Shown here piece by piece: positions 8,337 through 17,537 of a stretch of DNA of 33,076 nt. The DNA is from Candidatus Woesearchaeota archaeon. GTDB taxonomy: Archaea; Nanobdellota; Nanobdellia; SCGC-AAA011-G17; ARS1178. The notes under the pieces were generated by a model. That model did no database searches. It was given only the letters and a program-made list of their open reading frames with translations, and was not told the DNA's origin. Every line of letters begins with the position of its first letter. Position 1 is the first letter of the stretch. Position numbers and translations under genes: made by a program. The stretch lies in NCBI GenBank assembly GCA_964367025.1, contig CAYIWE010000002.1:1-33076 (forward strand). Direction: 5' to 3'.

Positions 8337-9842
8337 ATGACAATAAGAACAAAAAATAAAGATATTTTTTGGTTAATTGGGATTATTTTAATAGTTTTTA
8401 TCTTTAATTTAATATTTTTACTAAAAACAGAATTTTTTACAGGTGATAGCGCTTATTTTAATGTGAGGTATGTTGAACATTTATTAGAAAATAAAAGACC
8501 TTTAACATATGATGAATTGAGTTATGGTGGAAGAAATGTTTTAGTTGCACCTTTGTTTTATTATATTTTGGCTTTTTTTAAATTATTTTTAAATTCTTTT
8601 TTTATCTATAAAATCATTCCATTATTGGGAAGTTTATTTTTACTTGTTGTTGTTTATTTAATTGCCAAAGAAATTACTGATGATAAAAAAATTATTTTCT
8701 TAAGCGTTTTGTTTACTGGTTTTATTCCTATCTTAACCGAGGGATTATTAAACCAAGTATCAGTTTATTCATTTTTATTACCTGTAATGTTTTTTATGAT
8801 TTATTGTTTGATTAAAATGAAGAAGAATAATATTTACTTGACTCTGTTTATAATTTCATCTTTTGTTTTACCTTTATTACACCAGGATTCGTTATTGTTT
8901 GTTTTTGCTTTGGGATTTTATTTATTACTAATTAATCTTGAATCAATGATGCATTCAAAATTAAAGAGGGAAGCAATATTGTTCTTTGTTTTTTTGGCAA
9001 TTTTAATAGAATTCTTTATTTTTAAAGACGCATTTTTAAAATATAGTCTTGATATGATTTGGCAAAATGTACCCAAATCTTTGTTAGGTAGCTATTTTAA
9101 AGATGTAAGTATTTTTGAGATTATATATAAAGTAGGAGTATTACCCATCTTTTTTGGTGTTGTTGGTCTTTTCTTAGGTATTTTTAAAGAGAAATCTGAA
9201 AGTGCATTTTTCTTGAGTGGTTTAATTTTAGCAGATTTTTTATTTTTATGGTTGAATTTGATAACACCAGTATTTGGTTTGATGGTTTTAGGAATTGCAT
9301 TAGCTATTTTGTCTACACTTGGATTAATCACCTTTTTTAATTATTTAAGAAAAACTAAATTTCACAAAAATGAGAGGAATACAAATATATTTATGATTAT
9401 CTTAATAGTTTTTATTGGCTTATTTATGGTATTACCTTCTATTGGTGTTGCTAATCAGGTGATTGATAGTGCTCCTACTAAGGACGAAGTTGAAGTTTTA
9501 AAATTTTTAGGCGGCACTACTTTTGAATTCTCTCTTATTGCATCTACTTTGAATGAAGGGAATATAGTTAGTTTTTTTACAAATAGACAGAATTTTATGG
9601 ATACTACTTTCTTACTTGCACCGTATCCTGATGAGAGACTCGATGATTTAAATTTGTTATTCGCTACAAGTTCTGAGACAAAAGTAAAAGAAATTTCTGA
9701 TAAATATTCGATAGAATATATATTTTTTAGTGATAAAGCTAGAAAAGAGTATAATATAAATAATTTGAAATATGAGGATGGAAGATGTTTAAGAAAGGTG
9801 AAAGAGATTGGTAAAATTAAAGCGTATAAAATTAAATGTTGA
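8337..9842 (+). CDS. Polytopic GT-C-fold membrane glycosyltransferase, divergent (STT3/AglB- or PMT-like)
   Basis: 501 aa with more than 10 predicted TM helices followed by a soluble C-terminal domain. The first-loop acidic motif FFTGDSAYFNVRYVEHL is reminiscent of the STT3 DPYFNYR loop. I saw no WWDYG-type motif. Confidence 0.5.
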   Translation: MTIRTKNKDIFWLIGIILIVFIFNLIFLLKTEFFTGDSAYFNVRYVEHLLENKRPLTYDELSYGGRNVLVAPLFYYILAFFKLFLNSFFIYKIIPLLGSLFLLVVVYLIAKEITDDKKIIFLSVLFTGFIPILTEGLLNQVSVYSFLLPVMFFMIYCLIKMKKNNIYLTLFIISSFVLPLLHQDSLLFVFALGFYLLLINLESMMHSKLKREAILFFVFLAILIEFFIFKDAFLKYSLDMIWQNVPKSLLGSYFKDVSIFEIIYKVGVLPIFFGVVGLFLGIFKEKSESAFFLSGLILADFLFLWLNLITPVFGLMVLGIALAILSTLGLITFFNYLRKTKFHKNERNTNIFMIILIVFIGLFMVLPSIGVANQVIDSAPTKDEVEVLKFLGGTTFEFSLIASTLNEGNIVSFFTNRQNFMDTTFLLAPYPDERLDDLNLLFATSSETKVKEISDKYSIEYIFFSDKARKEYNINNLKYEDGRCLRKVKEIGKIKAYKIKC

Positions 9843-11262
9843 AACAAATGAACTTATAGCACTGATTTTAATAGCTTTTTTAGTATTACTTTCTGTACAT
9901 ACTTTTAGGTATTTTTTTAATAATAATATTTTATTTGGCGATGAGAATTATTATTATTCAAGGAATGCAGAGAGCATCAGACAGGATTTCTCTTTTGTTG
10001 ATAAAGTTACTAACAGACCGATCTATGATTTTGGATGGCCTTTAATCTTAGCTATTTTTAATTCAATCTTAGGGATAAATATTGAGTTGTTATGCAAGTT
10101 TTTGCCTCTCTTAATTGGTTTATTGACTGTTATAATTTTTTATTTAGTATTGGGCGAATTTGAACTAGAAGATAAAGTTAAATCTTTCAGTTGCCTTTTA
10201 TTAATCTTTTCCCCACCTTTTATTTATTCGTATTCAAGCTGTAATAATTATGGCATGGCTATTTTTATGTCTCTTTTAGCATTTTATTATTTTTTAAAGG
10301 ATAAAATTATTAATACCTTCATAATTTTAATTTTATTATCTTTTTTTGGTGTATCCAACATTATTTTATTGTTCTTTTTAAGTGTGATTAGTATTTTTTT
10401 GAGATATAGGAAGAAGTTTTTTGTTTCTTTAAAATATTTTGGCATTGTATTCTTAATTTATTTGGTTTTTAGGATACCATTTTGGATAAGATACGGGTTA
10501 CCAGAAAGAACTATCTTCAATATCTTGGATAAAGAATTTTTATTTCAACATATTTTTTCTGATCTAGGTGGTTTAATGGGTATTAGTGTCTTTACTTTTT
10601 TATTGGCTGGTTTAGGTTTAATCGCTACTTGGAATCAGAAAAGCAAATATAGTTTGTTATACATTTCTATTTTATTTTTGTTGATACTATTCTTAAAAAA
10701 TCCTTTTGTTTCTTTTTATTTAAATCTCTTATTAATTGTTTTGGTAGTTTATGGCTTTATTTTTGTTATTCATACAAGGTGGGAAAGCGAATTAATAAAA
10801 AAAATGATCATAATCGTTTTAATTGCGGGTATATTATTCTCCAGTTTTTCTTATATTAAGGTGCTTTATACTCTAGAACCAAACCAAAAGACCTTGGATG
10901 GTTTAAATGTTTTAAAATTAGAGAATGAAACTGGCGTTGTTTTTACATATTATACTAATGGGAACTTAGTAGAAAGCATTACCAAAAAAGAAGCACTATT
11001 AGATACAGTATTTGTTTATAATAAAAATGTTAATGATAAATGGGAAGATAGCAATAAGTTGTTTTATGCAACAGATATAAATACCACAATTGATATAATC
11101 AATAAATATAATATCAAATATATTTTTATTGATAAAAAGATGAGAGAGGGATTAATTTGGGAGAGGAAAGATGAGGGATTATTATCCTTATTGAAGTCCA
11201 CCACAACAAAATTTAAAAAGCTTTATGATAATAATGAAGTAGAAGTTTGGAAGTGTATTTAA
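9808..11262 (+). CDS. Polytopic GT-C-fold membrane glycosyltransferase, paralog of the preceding gene
   Basis: 484 aa with the same architecture. The first-loop motif is LFGDENYYYSRNAESI, and the C-terminal soluble domain ends with KYIFIDKKMREG (compare EYIFFSDKARKE in the previous protein). The only in-frame start I can see is TTG at 9808, so the start is uncertain. Confidence 0.5.
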   Translation: MVKLKRIKLNVETNELIALILIAFLVLLSVHTFRYFFNNNILFGDENYYYSRNAESIRQDFSFVDKVTNRPIYDFGWPLILAIFNSILGINIELLCKFLPLLIGLLTVIIFYLVLGEFELEDKVKSFSCLLLIFSPPFIYSYSSCNNYGMAIFMSLLAFYYFLKDKIINTFIILILLSFFGVSNIILLFFLSVISIFLRYRKKFFVSLKYFGIVFLIYLVFRIPFWIRYGLPERTIFNILDKEFLFQHIFSDLGGLMGISVFTFLLAGLGLIATWNQKSKYSLLYISILFLLILFLKNPFVSFYLNLLLIVLVVYGFIFVIHTRWESELIKKMIIIVLIAGILFSSFSYIKVLYTLEPNQKTLDGLNVLKLENETGVVFTYYTNGNLVESITKKEALLDTVFVYNKNVNDKWEDSNKLFYATDINTTIDIINKYNIKYIFIDKKMREGLIWERKDEGLLSLLKSTTTKFKKLYDNNEVEVWKCI

Positions 11263-11263
11263 A

Positions 11264-12481
11264 ATGGAATTATTGACTTGGGTTTATTTGTTTTTTATTT
11301 TTGTATCTTTGTATTTTACTTTATTGTTTTTAGTTTTGTTTTGGAAAAACAAGAATAATTTATTTGAAGAGAGGAAAGAGAGTTATTTGCCTACTTTAAG
11401 TGTTTTAATTCCTGCATATAATGAGGAAAAATCTATTAGAGATACCATCAAGAGTGTTTTAGATATTAATTATCCTAAAAATCTTTTTGAGATTATTGTT
11501 ATTGATGACGGAAGTACGGACAATACTTTAAAAATAATTAAGGAATTTAAGAATATTAAAATTTTGAGTAAGGAAAACAGTGGAAAAGCAGACTCTTTGA
11601 ATAAAGCAATAATGATTGCTAATAATGAAATAATCGTTGTTGTAGATGCTGATTCTTATCCGGATAAAGATTCTTTCTTAAAAATGGTTCCGTATTTCCT
11701 TGATAAAAACGTTGGTGCTGTTACTTCAAGCATAATGGTTAAAAATCCTAAAAACCTAATAGAAAAATTGCAAAGCACCGAATACATTTTTATTGCTTTT
11801 GCCAGAAAGTTATTAGATTCTATTGGGAGTGTTTATGTGACTCCTGGTCCTTTGAGTATGTATAGGAAAGATGCTTTGTTAAAAGTTGGCGGATTTGATA
11901 AAAGAAATTTAACAGAGGATATTGAAATTGCTTGGAATTTACTTAAGCACGGCTATGATGTCAGGATGTGTCTGGGCGCTAGAGTTTATACTAAGTGTAA
12001 GGATAATCTAAAAACCTGGTGGAAACAGAGAGTTAGATGGAATGTTGGAGGTTTACAGACAATAGCTAAATATAAGAATACATTTGGTAAAAAGAATTTT
12101 AAGATGTTGGGTATGTTTGTTACACCCTTTTTTATTTTTACTTGGGTTTTGAGTTTGTTTGGTTTATTCATATTTGGTTATCTTTTCTTAAAAAAAGTGA
12201 TTTATTATGTTTTATTTACAGATTCTGTTTATGGCTCTGGAACAAAGTTTAGTCTAGAATTATTTAATTTTAACCCGACTGTTTTCTCTTTTTTTATAAT
12301 ATTTTTATTTGTTTTGACAGTGTTTTATGTATTCTACTGTTTCAATTATATGAAAGAAACAGAGATAAATTTAAGAACTAGTTTCATTTTACTTATTTAT
12401 CTTTTGTTTTATTTAGCTATGTCCCCACTTATACATATTAATGCAATTTTTAGATTTTTATTTGGTAATTTTCAATGGTAG
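11264..12481 (+). CDS. Membrane-integrated processive family-2 glycosyltransferase (NodC/PgaC/cellulose-synthase-like)
   Basis: 405 aa: an N-terminal TM helix, a GT-A domain with LIPAYNEE, VIDDGSTD, VVDADS, LTEDIE and the Q-x-x-RW motif (QRVRWNVGG), then C-terminal TM helices. Confidence 0.85.
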   Translation: MELLTWVYLFFIFVSLYFTLLFLVLFWKNKNNLFEERKESYLPTLSVLIPAYNEEKSIRDTIKSVLDINYPKNLFEIIVIDDGSTDNTLKIIKEFKNIKILSKENSGKADSLNKAIMIANNEIIVVVDADSYPDKDSFLKMVPYFLDKNVGAVTSSIMVKNPKNLIEKLQSTEYIFIAFARKLLDSIGSVYVTPGPLSMYRKDALLKVGGFDKRNLTEDIEIAWNLLKHGYDVRMCLGARVYTKCKDNLKTWWKQRVRWNVGGLQTIAKYKNTFGKKNFKMLGMFVTPFFIFTWVLSLFGLFIFGYLFLKKVIYYVLFTDSVYGSGTKFSLELFNFNPTVFSFFIIFLFVLTVFYVFYCFNYMKETEINLRTSFILLIYLLFYLAMSPLIHINAIFRFLFGNFQW

Positions 12482-13143
12482 GAATACAAAAAGATGCTTT
12501 TTGGAAGGCAGGAATTTTTACTTTGGTTGTATTTGTATTAGGGATTTTGCTGGGACTTTTCTTAGATGAGTATAGGGTATCAAAAGTTAGAGAGGATTTT
12601 AGTAAGGTTGAAATAGAGTGGGCCGATGCTAAAATCCAGAGTATTTATTATCAATCAATGACCCCCTCTTTTTGCGAGGCTGCTATCAAAGAAAACTTAA
12701 ATTTTGCTGATAGAGTTTATAAAGAAGGATTAAAAATTGAACAGTACGAGGATTCTAATAAACTTGCTAAGAAAATGACTATTGATAAACAAAAATACGC
12801 TTTATTAAAAGTGGAATTTTGGATTAATAGTATTATACTTAAGAAGAAATGTGATGCAGATTATGTTAATTTGGTTTACTTTTATTTAAATGAACCTGAT
12901 TTTAACCAAAAGATAAAGCAAGATACACAGTCAATTATTTTGAAGGACTTAAAACATGAATACGGGTCTGATTTAATGCTAATACCTTTGCCTATGGATT
13001 TAGATATCTCTATGATTAACATTATGAAAGATGCATATAATATAACTGTTGCTCCAACTATTCTACTTGATGAAGAGATAAAATTAGAGGGTGTTACCAA
13101 ACAAGAAGATATTGAAAAATATTTTATTAAAAATGAATTGTGA
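12475..13143 (+). CDS. Hypothetical membrane-anchored protein (possible thioredoxin-like fold without CxxC)
   Basis: 222 aa with an N-terminal TM helix (GIFTLVVFVLGILLGLFL). It overlaps the GT2 stop by 7 nt. The C-terminal VAPTILLDEEIKLEGVTKQEDIEKYF resembles the end of thioredoxin-fold proteins, but this is weak. Confidence 0.35.
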   Translation: MVGIQKDAFWKAGIFTLVVFVLGILLGLFLDEYRVSKVREDFSKVEIEWADAKIQSIYYQSMTPSFCEAAIKENLNFADRVYKEGLKIEQYEDSNKLAKKMTIDKQKYALLKVEFWINSIILKKKCDADYVNLVYFYLNEPDFNQKIKQDTQSIILKDLKHEYGSDLMLIPLPMDLDISMINIMKDAYNITVAPTILLDEEIKLEGVTKQEDIEKYFIKNEL

Positions 13144-13627
13144 CCTTTGTGGTAAGGAAAGCGATTTAAAGAAAGTAAAGATAGAAGGAACTTTTTTGAA
13201 TGTTTGTGGAAAATGCAGTAAATTTGGAGAGGTTATCGAAGAAAAAGTTCTACTTTCTTCACACTCAGCAAAACCTCCTTCAACTATGGCAAAGCTTCCA
13301 CTTTCAAATTCATATGATGGGAAAAAAGTAAAAAAGAAGAGTGAATTTGTTGACAGTATTGTTTCTGATTATTCTACTAAGATTCGGGAATCTAGAGAAA
13401 AAGTGGGATTAACACAAAAGGAGCTAGGAGAAAAAATTGCAGAAAAAGAATCTATTATACACAAAATAGAGAGTGGATTGATGGAACCAAGTTTAAAATT
13501 AGCAAAAAAACTTGAGAATTTCCTAAAAATCAAACTTATTGAGGTTTATGAAGAAGATAAGATAAAAAGAATAGATTTTAAGAGTGATAAGCTCACCATT
13601 GGTGATTTATTAAATATGAAAAAATGA
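13133..13627 (+). CDS. mbf1: Archaeal MBF1-type transcription factor (zinc ribbon + Cro/C1 HTH)
   Basis: I place the start at ATG 13133 (MNCDLCGKESD...VCGKCSKFG zinc ribbon) rather than the upstream GTG at 13091. The C-terminal HTH is REKVGLTQKELGEKIAEKESIIHKIESGLMEPSLKLAKKLENFL. Confidence 0.8.
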   Translation: MNCDLCGKESDLKKVKIEGTFLNVCGKCSKFGEVIEEKVLLSSHSAKPPSTMAKLPLSNSYDGKKVKKKSEFVDSIVSDYSTKIRESREKVGLTQKELGEKIAEKESIIHKIESGLMEPSLKLAKKLENFLKIKLIEVYEEDKIKRIDFKSDKLTIGDLLNMKK

Positions 13628-13667
13628 AATCAAAAAGAACCGTTTTAGGAAAAGCGTTCACGGAAAA

Positions 13668-14264
13668 ATGAAATCAAAAAAAGAATTAGAACTTTTTCTT
13701 TCTAAATTAAAAGATTTTGAGAATAAAGAAATTATCTTGGAACAGTATACTACGCCTAGCAATATTGCAGCTGAAATTTTGTGGTTTGCTTTTATGAACA
13801 AAGAGATCAAGAGTAAAACTATTATGGACTTGGGCTGCGGAAATGGTATTTTTGGTATTGGCGCTCTGAAACTAGGAGCCAAAAAAGTGTATTTTATTGA
13901 TAAGAGTGACGAAGCAATTGAAATCGTTAAAAATAATCTAAAAAACTTTAAAATTAATCTTAAAAAATGCGTTTTTATTAAAAAAGATATCAATGATTTG
14001 AGGAAATACAATGTGGATTTAATCATTCAAAATCCACCATTTGGAGTTAAAAGGGAGCATGCTGATAGAGATTTTTTAGAAAAAGCATTAGAATTCAGCG
14101 CTATTGTTTATAGTTTACATAAATTTGAAAGCAAAGTATTTATTGAGAAAAATTTTGGTGGAAAGTTGATTTTTAGATTTAAGTTTCCTATAAAGAAGAG
14201 CTATAAATTTCATAGAAAAGATGTTTATTTTGTTGATGTTGGGTGCTGGAAGTTTTTGAAATAA
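13668..14264 (+). CDS. SAM-dependent N6-adenine RNA methyltransferase, METTL5-like (COG2263)
   Basis: 198 aa with SAM-binding motif I (DLGCGNGIFGIGA) and the catalytic NPPFG motif. Confidence 0.75.
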   Translation: MKSKKELELFLSKLKDFENKEIILEQYTTPSNIAAEILWFAFMNKEIKSKTIMDLGCGNGIFGIGALKLGAKKVYFIDKSDEAIEIVKNNLKNFKINLKKCVFIKKDINDLRKYNVDLIIQNPPFGVKREHADRDFLEKALEFSAIVYSLHKFESKVFIEKNFGGKLIFRFKFPIKKSYKFHRKDVYFVDVGCWKFLK

Positions 14265-14277
14265 AGAATTAACTGAT

Positions 14278-14300
14278 AAAAACAGAAAGATTTATAAAAG
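14278..14300 (+). promoter_or_regulatory. BRE/TATA promoter of the rpoL operon
   Basis: aaaacagaaagatttataaaagg, with TTTATAA at 14291-14297, about 25 nt upstream of ATG 14322 (near-leaderless). It shares the AAAACAGAAA-ATTTATAA core with the sites at 17400 and 17742. Confidence 0.55.
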
Positions 14301-14321
14301 GTTTTTAAACCTTTTGAGAAA

Positions 14322-14597
14322 ATGGAATTAAATTTTATAGAGGAAAGTGATAATTTAATGAAGGTAGAGATTAAAGGAGAAAACCATACTTTTTGTAATA
14401 TTCTAAGAAAAGAGTTGTGGAATGATAAAAATGTTAAAGTTGCTGGTTATGATATCAAACGTGGTTTAACTGATAGCCCAGTTTTGATAATAGAAACCAA
14501 TGGAAAAGAAAAACCAAGACAGGTTTTAAAAAAATCAATTCAAAGATTAAAAAAGGATTTGGATGAATTTAAAAAAGAAATCAAAAAAATAAAATGA
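14322..14597 (+). CDS. rpoL: DNA-directed RNA polymerase subunit L (Rpo11)
   Basis: 91 aa. MKVEIKGENHTFCNILRKELWNDKNVKVAGYDIKRGLTDSPVLIIET matches the E-D/N-H-T-x-x-N-x-L signature of RpoL/Rpb11. Confidence 0.85.
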   Translation: MELNFIEESDNLMKVEIKGENHTFCNILRKELWNDKNVKVAGYDIKRGLTDSPVLIIETNGKEKPRQVLKKSIQRLKKDLDEFKKEIKKIK

Positions 14598-15154
14598 ATT
14601 TTTTGACTTATGAGCAAGGGAAAAGACTCGTTAGAATTGCTCGTAATTCTGTAACTTCTTGTTTTGAAGGCAAAATTTTTAGCAATGATGATTTTAAAGA
14701 AAAAAAAGGCGTTTTTGTTAGCATCCATAGTTATTCAAATTTGAGATTGAGGGGTTGTATTGGTTTTATAGAACCGATTTATGGATTAAGTGACGCTGTT
14801 ATTAAGGCTGCTAAAGCTGCTGCGTTTCAAGACCCCAGATTTAAACCTATAATTGAGGGAGATTTAAATAAAATTGTTTTTGAAGTGAGTGTTTTGACAA
14901 CACCAAAGCCAGTTACTGATATAAAAAAAATTAAAGTTGGTAGGGATGGTTTAATTGTGGAAAAAGACAACCATAAGGGTTTACTTTTGCCACAAGTAGC
15001 TATACAATATAATCTTAATGTTGTAGGATTTTTAGAACAAACTTCAATAAAAGCAGGATTAGATAAAGATGGCTGGAAAGACGCCAAAGTTTATATGTTC
15101 CAGGCACAAATTTTTAAAGAAATAAAACCTATGGGGGATATCGCCGAAGAGTAA
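14594..15154 (+). CDS. AMMECR1 domain protein
   Basis: 186 aa with the hallmark LRGCIGF motif and the downstream DPRF and GLLLPQV motifs. Its start overlaps the rpoL stop (ATGA). Confidence 0.85.
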   Translation: MNFLTYEQGKRLVRIARNSVTSCFEGKIFSNDDFKEKKGVFVSIHSYSNLRLRGCIGFIEPIYGLSDAVIKAAKAAAFQDPRFKPIIEGDLNKIVFEVSVLTTPKPVTDIKKIKVGRDGLIVEKDNHKGLLLPQVAIQYNLNVVGFLEQTSIKAGLDKDGWKDAKVYMFQAQIFKEIKPMGDIAEE

Positions 15155-15200
15155 ACAATCCTTACTAACTTCATGGTAACGCGAGTTTATTGTTTTTAAA

Positions 15201-15794
15201 ATGAAAAAGACATTAAAAAAACTTTGGTGGTTTATTTGGCATGATAATAGTATATGGAGTTGGATTGTTAATGTTGTTCTTGCCTTTTTAATTGTTAAGT
15301 TTTTAGTTTATCCTGGTCTTGGGGTTTTGTTAGGGACAACTCATCCAGTAGTTGCCGTAATATCTAATAGTATGAACCACAATGGCGTTGATTTTGATGA
15401 TTGGTGGAATAAAAATAAAGAGCTTTATGAACAAAAGAACCTCACTAAAGAGGAATTCTTGAAATTTAGATTTGTCAATGGGTTTGATAAAGGGGATTTA
15501 ATTGTGTTGAAGGGCGTTAAATGTAGTAAAGTTGATAAAGGGGACATTTTAGTTTACAATATTGTTGGAAATCAACCAATAATTCACAGGGTTGTTGATA
15601 CAAATTTGGAAAGTGACTATTATTTCCAAACGAAAGGCGATAATGTAAATAGGGTTCAGTTTTTTGAAGAGAAAATAAAGCAATCACAGGTTATTGGTTT
15701 TGAAAAGTATAAGAAATGTAGTGTTGGTGTTTTTAGAATACCTTGGTTGGGTTGGATTAAAATTTTATTTACAAATTTAATTGGGGGAATTTAA
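15201..15794 (+). CDS. Signal peptidase I, archaeal/Sec11 type (S26B)
   Basis: 197 aa with an N-terminal TM helix, the catalytic-Ser box VISNSMNH, GDLIVL, the IIHRV box and the TKGDNV box. Confidence 0.8.
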   Translation: MKKTLKKLWWFIWHDNSIWSWIVNVVLAFLIVKFLVYPGLGVLLGTTHPVVAVISNSMNHNGVDFDDWWNKNKELYEQKNLTKEEFLKFRFVNGFDKGDLIVLKGVKCSKVDKGDILVYNIVGNQPIIHRVVDTNLESDYYFQTKGDNVNRVQFFEEKIKQSQVIGFEKYKKCSVGVFRIPWLGWIKILFTNLIGGI

Positions 15795-15795
15795 A

Positions 15796-16119
15796 ATGTT
15801 TTGTCCTAAATGTGGTAGTTTGTTAAGACCTAAAAAAAGCGGAAATAAAATTGTTAAGTACTGTTCTTGCGGGTATACCTCAAAAGATAGTGATACTGAG
15901 GGATTATTAATAAAAGAAAAAAGCAATTTAGAGAAAAAAGATAAGATTGTTGTTGTTGATAGGGTTGTTGAAACTTTGCCTAAGGTAAATGAAGAGTGCG
16001 GAAAGTGCGGAAATAATGAGGCTTATTACTGGACAATACAAACAAGAGCTGGTGATGAAGCTGAAACAAGGTTTTTTAGGTGTACTAAATGCGACCATGT
16101 TTGGAGAAGTTACAGTTAA
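15796..16119 (+). CDS. tfs: Transcription factor S (TFS; RpoM/TFIIS-like)
   Basis: I place the start at ATG 15796 (MFCPKCGSLLRPKK). It has an N-terminal zinc ribbon and a C-terminal TFIIS-type ribbon (CGKCGNNEAYYWTIQTRAGDEAETRFFRCTKCDHVWRSY) that includes the acidic D-E loop. Confidence 0.85.
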   Translation: MFCPKCGSLLRPKKSGNKIVKYCSCGYTSKDSDTEGLLIKEKSNLEKKDKIVVVDRVVETLPKVNEECGKCGNNEAYYWTIQTRAGDEAETRFFRCTKCDHVWRSYS

Positions 16120-16168
16120 ACCTTTTTTAACGATACTTTTATATATATCTTTTATTTAACTATCTTTG

Positions 16169-16606
16169 ATGGTTACTGAGACTACTACAACATTATTAAT
16201 TAAGCCAGCTATAGCGTTTGGGCTTATTATTGGTTTGTATGAGTTGTTTTTAATACATGCTGATGAAAATTTTAGAGGCAGTCATTGGTTTGGTCACGGT
16301 TTACAATCAGTTATTCTTGCTATTCTTGCTGTTTTTATAACTATGAATACTGGTTACTTTTTAGATATTACTGGTTTAAGTGGAATGGGAATCCCATTTA
16401 TTAGTAATTATTATCTTGTGAATTTAGCAGTTGCTTTAATATTTGCAATAAAAGTGTATAGTGTTAGTGCTGTTGTTAAGGGAGCAGGTGGGAGGGGAAT
16501 GCATGAAAAGTGGTATCATGTTTTAATTGTTGCTATTTTAGTATATGCTTCGCCTATTATCTACCAGTACATACAAGCGTTTTTACCTCCAATAATTACA
16601 GGTTAA
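16169..16606 (+). CDS. Hypothetical polytopic membrane protein
   Basis: About 145 aa with about 4 hydrophobic helices and no recognisable motif. ATG 16169 is preferred over TTG 16166. Confidence 0.5.
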   Translation: MVTETTTTLLIKPAIAFGLIIGLYELFLIHADENFRGSHWFGHGLQSVILAILAVFITMNTGYFLDITGLSGMGIPFISNYYLVNLAVALIFAIKVYSVSAVVKGAGGRGMHEKWYHVLIVAILVYASPIIYQYIQAFLPPIITG

Positions 16607-16659
16607 TATATCTTTTATTACCAAAATAATTAAATACATTGTTAGTTTTTTCATTTTTT

Positions 16660-17400
16660 ATGAAATTAGTTTTAGCAGAACCCAAATTTTTTGTAGATAG
16701 TATAAACATTATTTCTGAATTAGTTAATGAAGTTAGATTTAAGATAGATGAGAATAAGATAGAGTTAATTGCTATGGATCCTGCTAATGTGGCTATGGTT
16801 ATTTTTAAATTGCTTGGAAGCGCTTTTACAGAGTATTCTATTGATAGAGAAGTAGAAATAGCTGTTAATTTAGAAAACTTAAAACAAATTTTAAGAAGAG
16901 TTAAATCTAGCGATGTTTTGATTTTGGAATTAGATGAAGAGAAGAATAAATTAAAGGTTAGTTTAAGAGGAGATACAAATAGAGTATTTTGTGTTTCTTT
17001 GATTGATATTGAAGAAGGTGAGCAAACAGTACCAAATTTGAAATTTAATGCAAGGGTTGAAACTAGTTCTTTTGTTTTTGATGGAGCTATTGAGGATGTA
17101 AGTATTGTTGCTGAGAGTGTTGCTTTACATGTTTTTAAAAATGTTTTTATTATTAAATCTGAGGGTAATATAACTGAAGCTAAAGTTGAGATTAATGCTG
17201 ATGAAGAAACCCTTCTAAATGGCGATGATGTGGCTTCTAAGTATTCTATTGATTATTTGAAAAAAATAATCAAAGGTTCTAAATTAAGTGATAGTGTTGT
17301 TGTTCAATTTGGCCAGGATTACCCATTAAGAATTGATTATAATGTTATTGATAAAATGAGCTTGAGTTTTATTCTTGCTCCGCGTGTAAGCGGTGATTAA
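16660..17400 (+). CDS. pcn: DNA polymerase sliding clamp PCNA
   Basis: I place the start at ATG 16660 (MKLVLAEPKFFVDSINIISELVNEVRFKIDENKIELIAMDPANVAMVIFKL). The length (~246 aa) and the N-terminal pattern are typical of archaeal PCNA. Confidence 0.85.
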   Translation: MKLVLAEPKFFVDSINIISELVNEVRFKIDENKIELIAMDPANVAMVIFKLLGSAFTEYSIDREVEIAVNLENLKQILRRVKSSDVLILELDEEKNKLKVSLRGDTNRVFCVSLIDIEEGEQTVPNLKFNARVETSSFVFDGAIEDVSIVAESVALHVFKNVFIIKSEGNITEAKVEINADEETLLNGDDVASKYSIDYLKKIIKGSKLSDSVVVQFGQDYPLRIDYNVIDKMSLSFILAPRVSGD

Positions 17401-17422
17401 AAACAGAAAAATTTATAAGTCT
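17400..17422 (+). promoter_or_regulatory. BRE/TATA promoter (copy 1 of a 23-nt repeat)
   Basis: aaaacagaaaaatttataagtct, with TTTATAA at 17412-17418, 24 nt before ATG 17442. The same 23-mer recurs at 17742-17764. Confidence 0.55.
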
Positions 17423-17441
17423 CGTTTCTTAATTTTAATTT

Positions 17442-17537
17442 ATGAGTAAAAAAGATAATGACGTTGATAAGGTGATTAGGGTAATTGTTTATTTGGTTAT
17501 TATCTATTTGTTATTGAAAATATTTAAAATATTATGA
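17442..17537 (+). CDS. Tiny hydrophobic peptide (31 aa), hypothetical
   Basis: Not in the track. My translation is MSKKDNDVDKVIRVIVYLVIIYLLLKIFKIL. Its stop overlaps the next ATG (ATGA at 17534-17537), and it has a promoter-like element at the correct leaderless distance. No homology evidence. Confidence 0.35.
   Translation: MSKKDNDVDKVIRVIVYLVIIYLLLKIFKIL

Noticed and set aside
8337-9842. Annotating the GT-C protein as the oligosaccharyltransferase AglB
   Set aside because: No WWDYG-type motif is visible and the protein is much shorter than known AglB/STT3. Only a generic GT-C call is supportable.
13091-13132. Upstream alternative starts given by the track (GTG 13091 for MBF1, TTG 15781 for TFS, 16639 for PCNA, TTG 22929 for HxsD-like, TTG 31928 for the pilin-like gene)
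   Set aside because: In each case an in-frame ATG slightly downstream gives the canonical family N-terminus (zinc ribbon, MKLVLAEP, class III signal) and better upstream signals. The extensions look like read-through of the ORF caller.
13658-14026. 122-aa minus-strand ORF overlapping the methyltransferase gene; similar antisense ORFs at 9455-9847, 9092-9331, 11986-12171, 12882-13100, 14540-14728, 14827-15087, 23576-23836, 25348-25650, 25883-26128
   Set aside because: Each is fully embedded antisense in a plus-strand gene with recognisable family motifs, and each has a hydrophobic or low-complexity shadow composition.
14594-15154. AMMECR1 gene as part of an AmmeMemoRadiSam system, possibly linked to the radical SAM genes
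   Set aside because: No Memo-like gene or radical SAM activase is adjacent. Its neighbours are rpoL and signal peptidase, and the radical SAM cassette is about 8 kb away behind unrelated operons.
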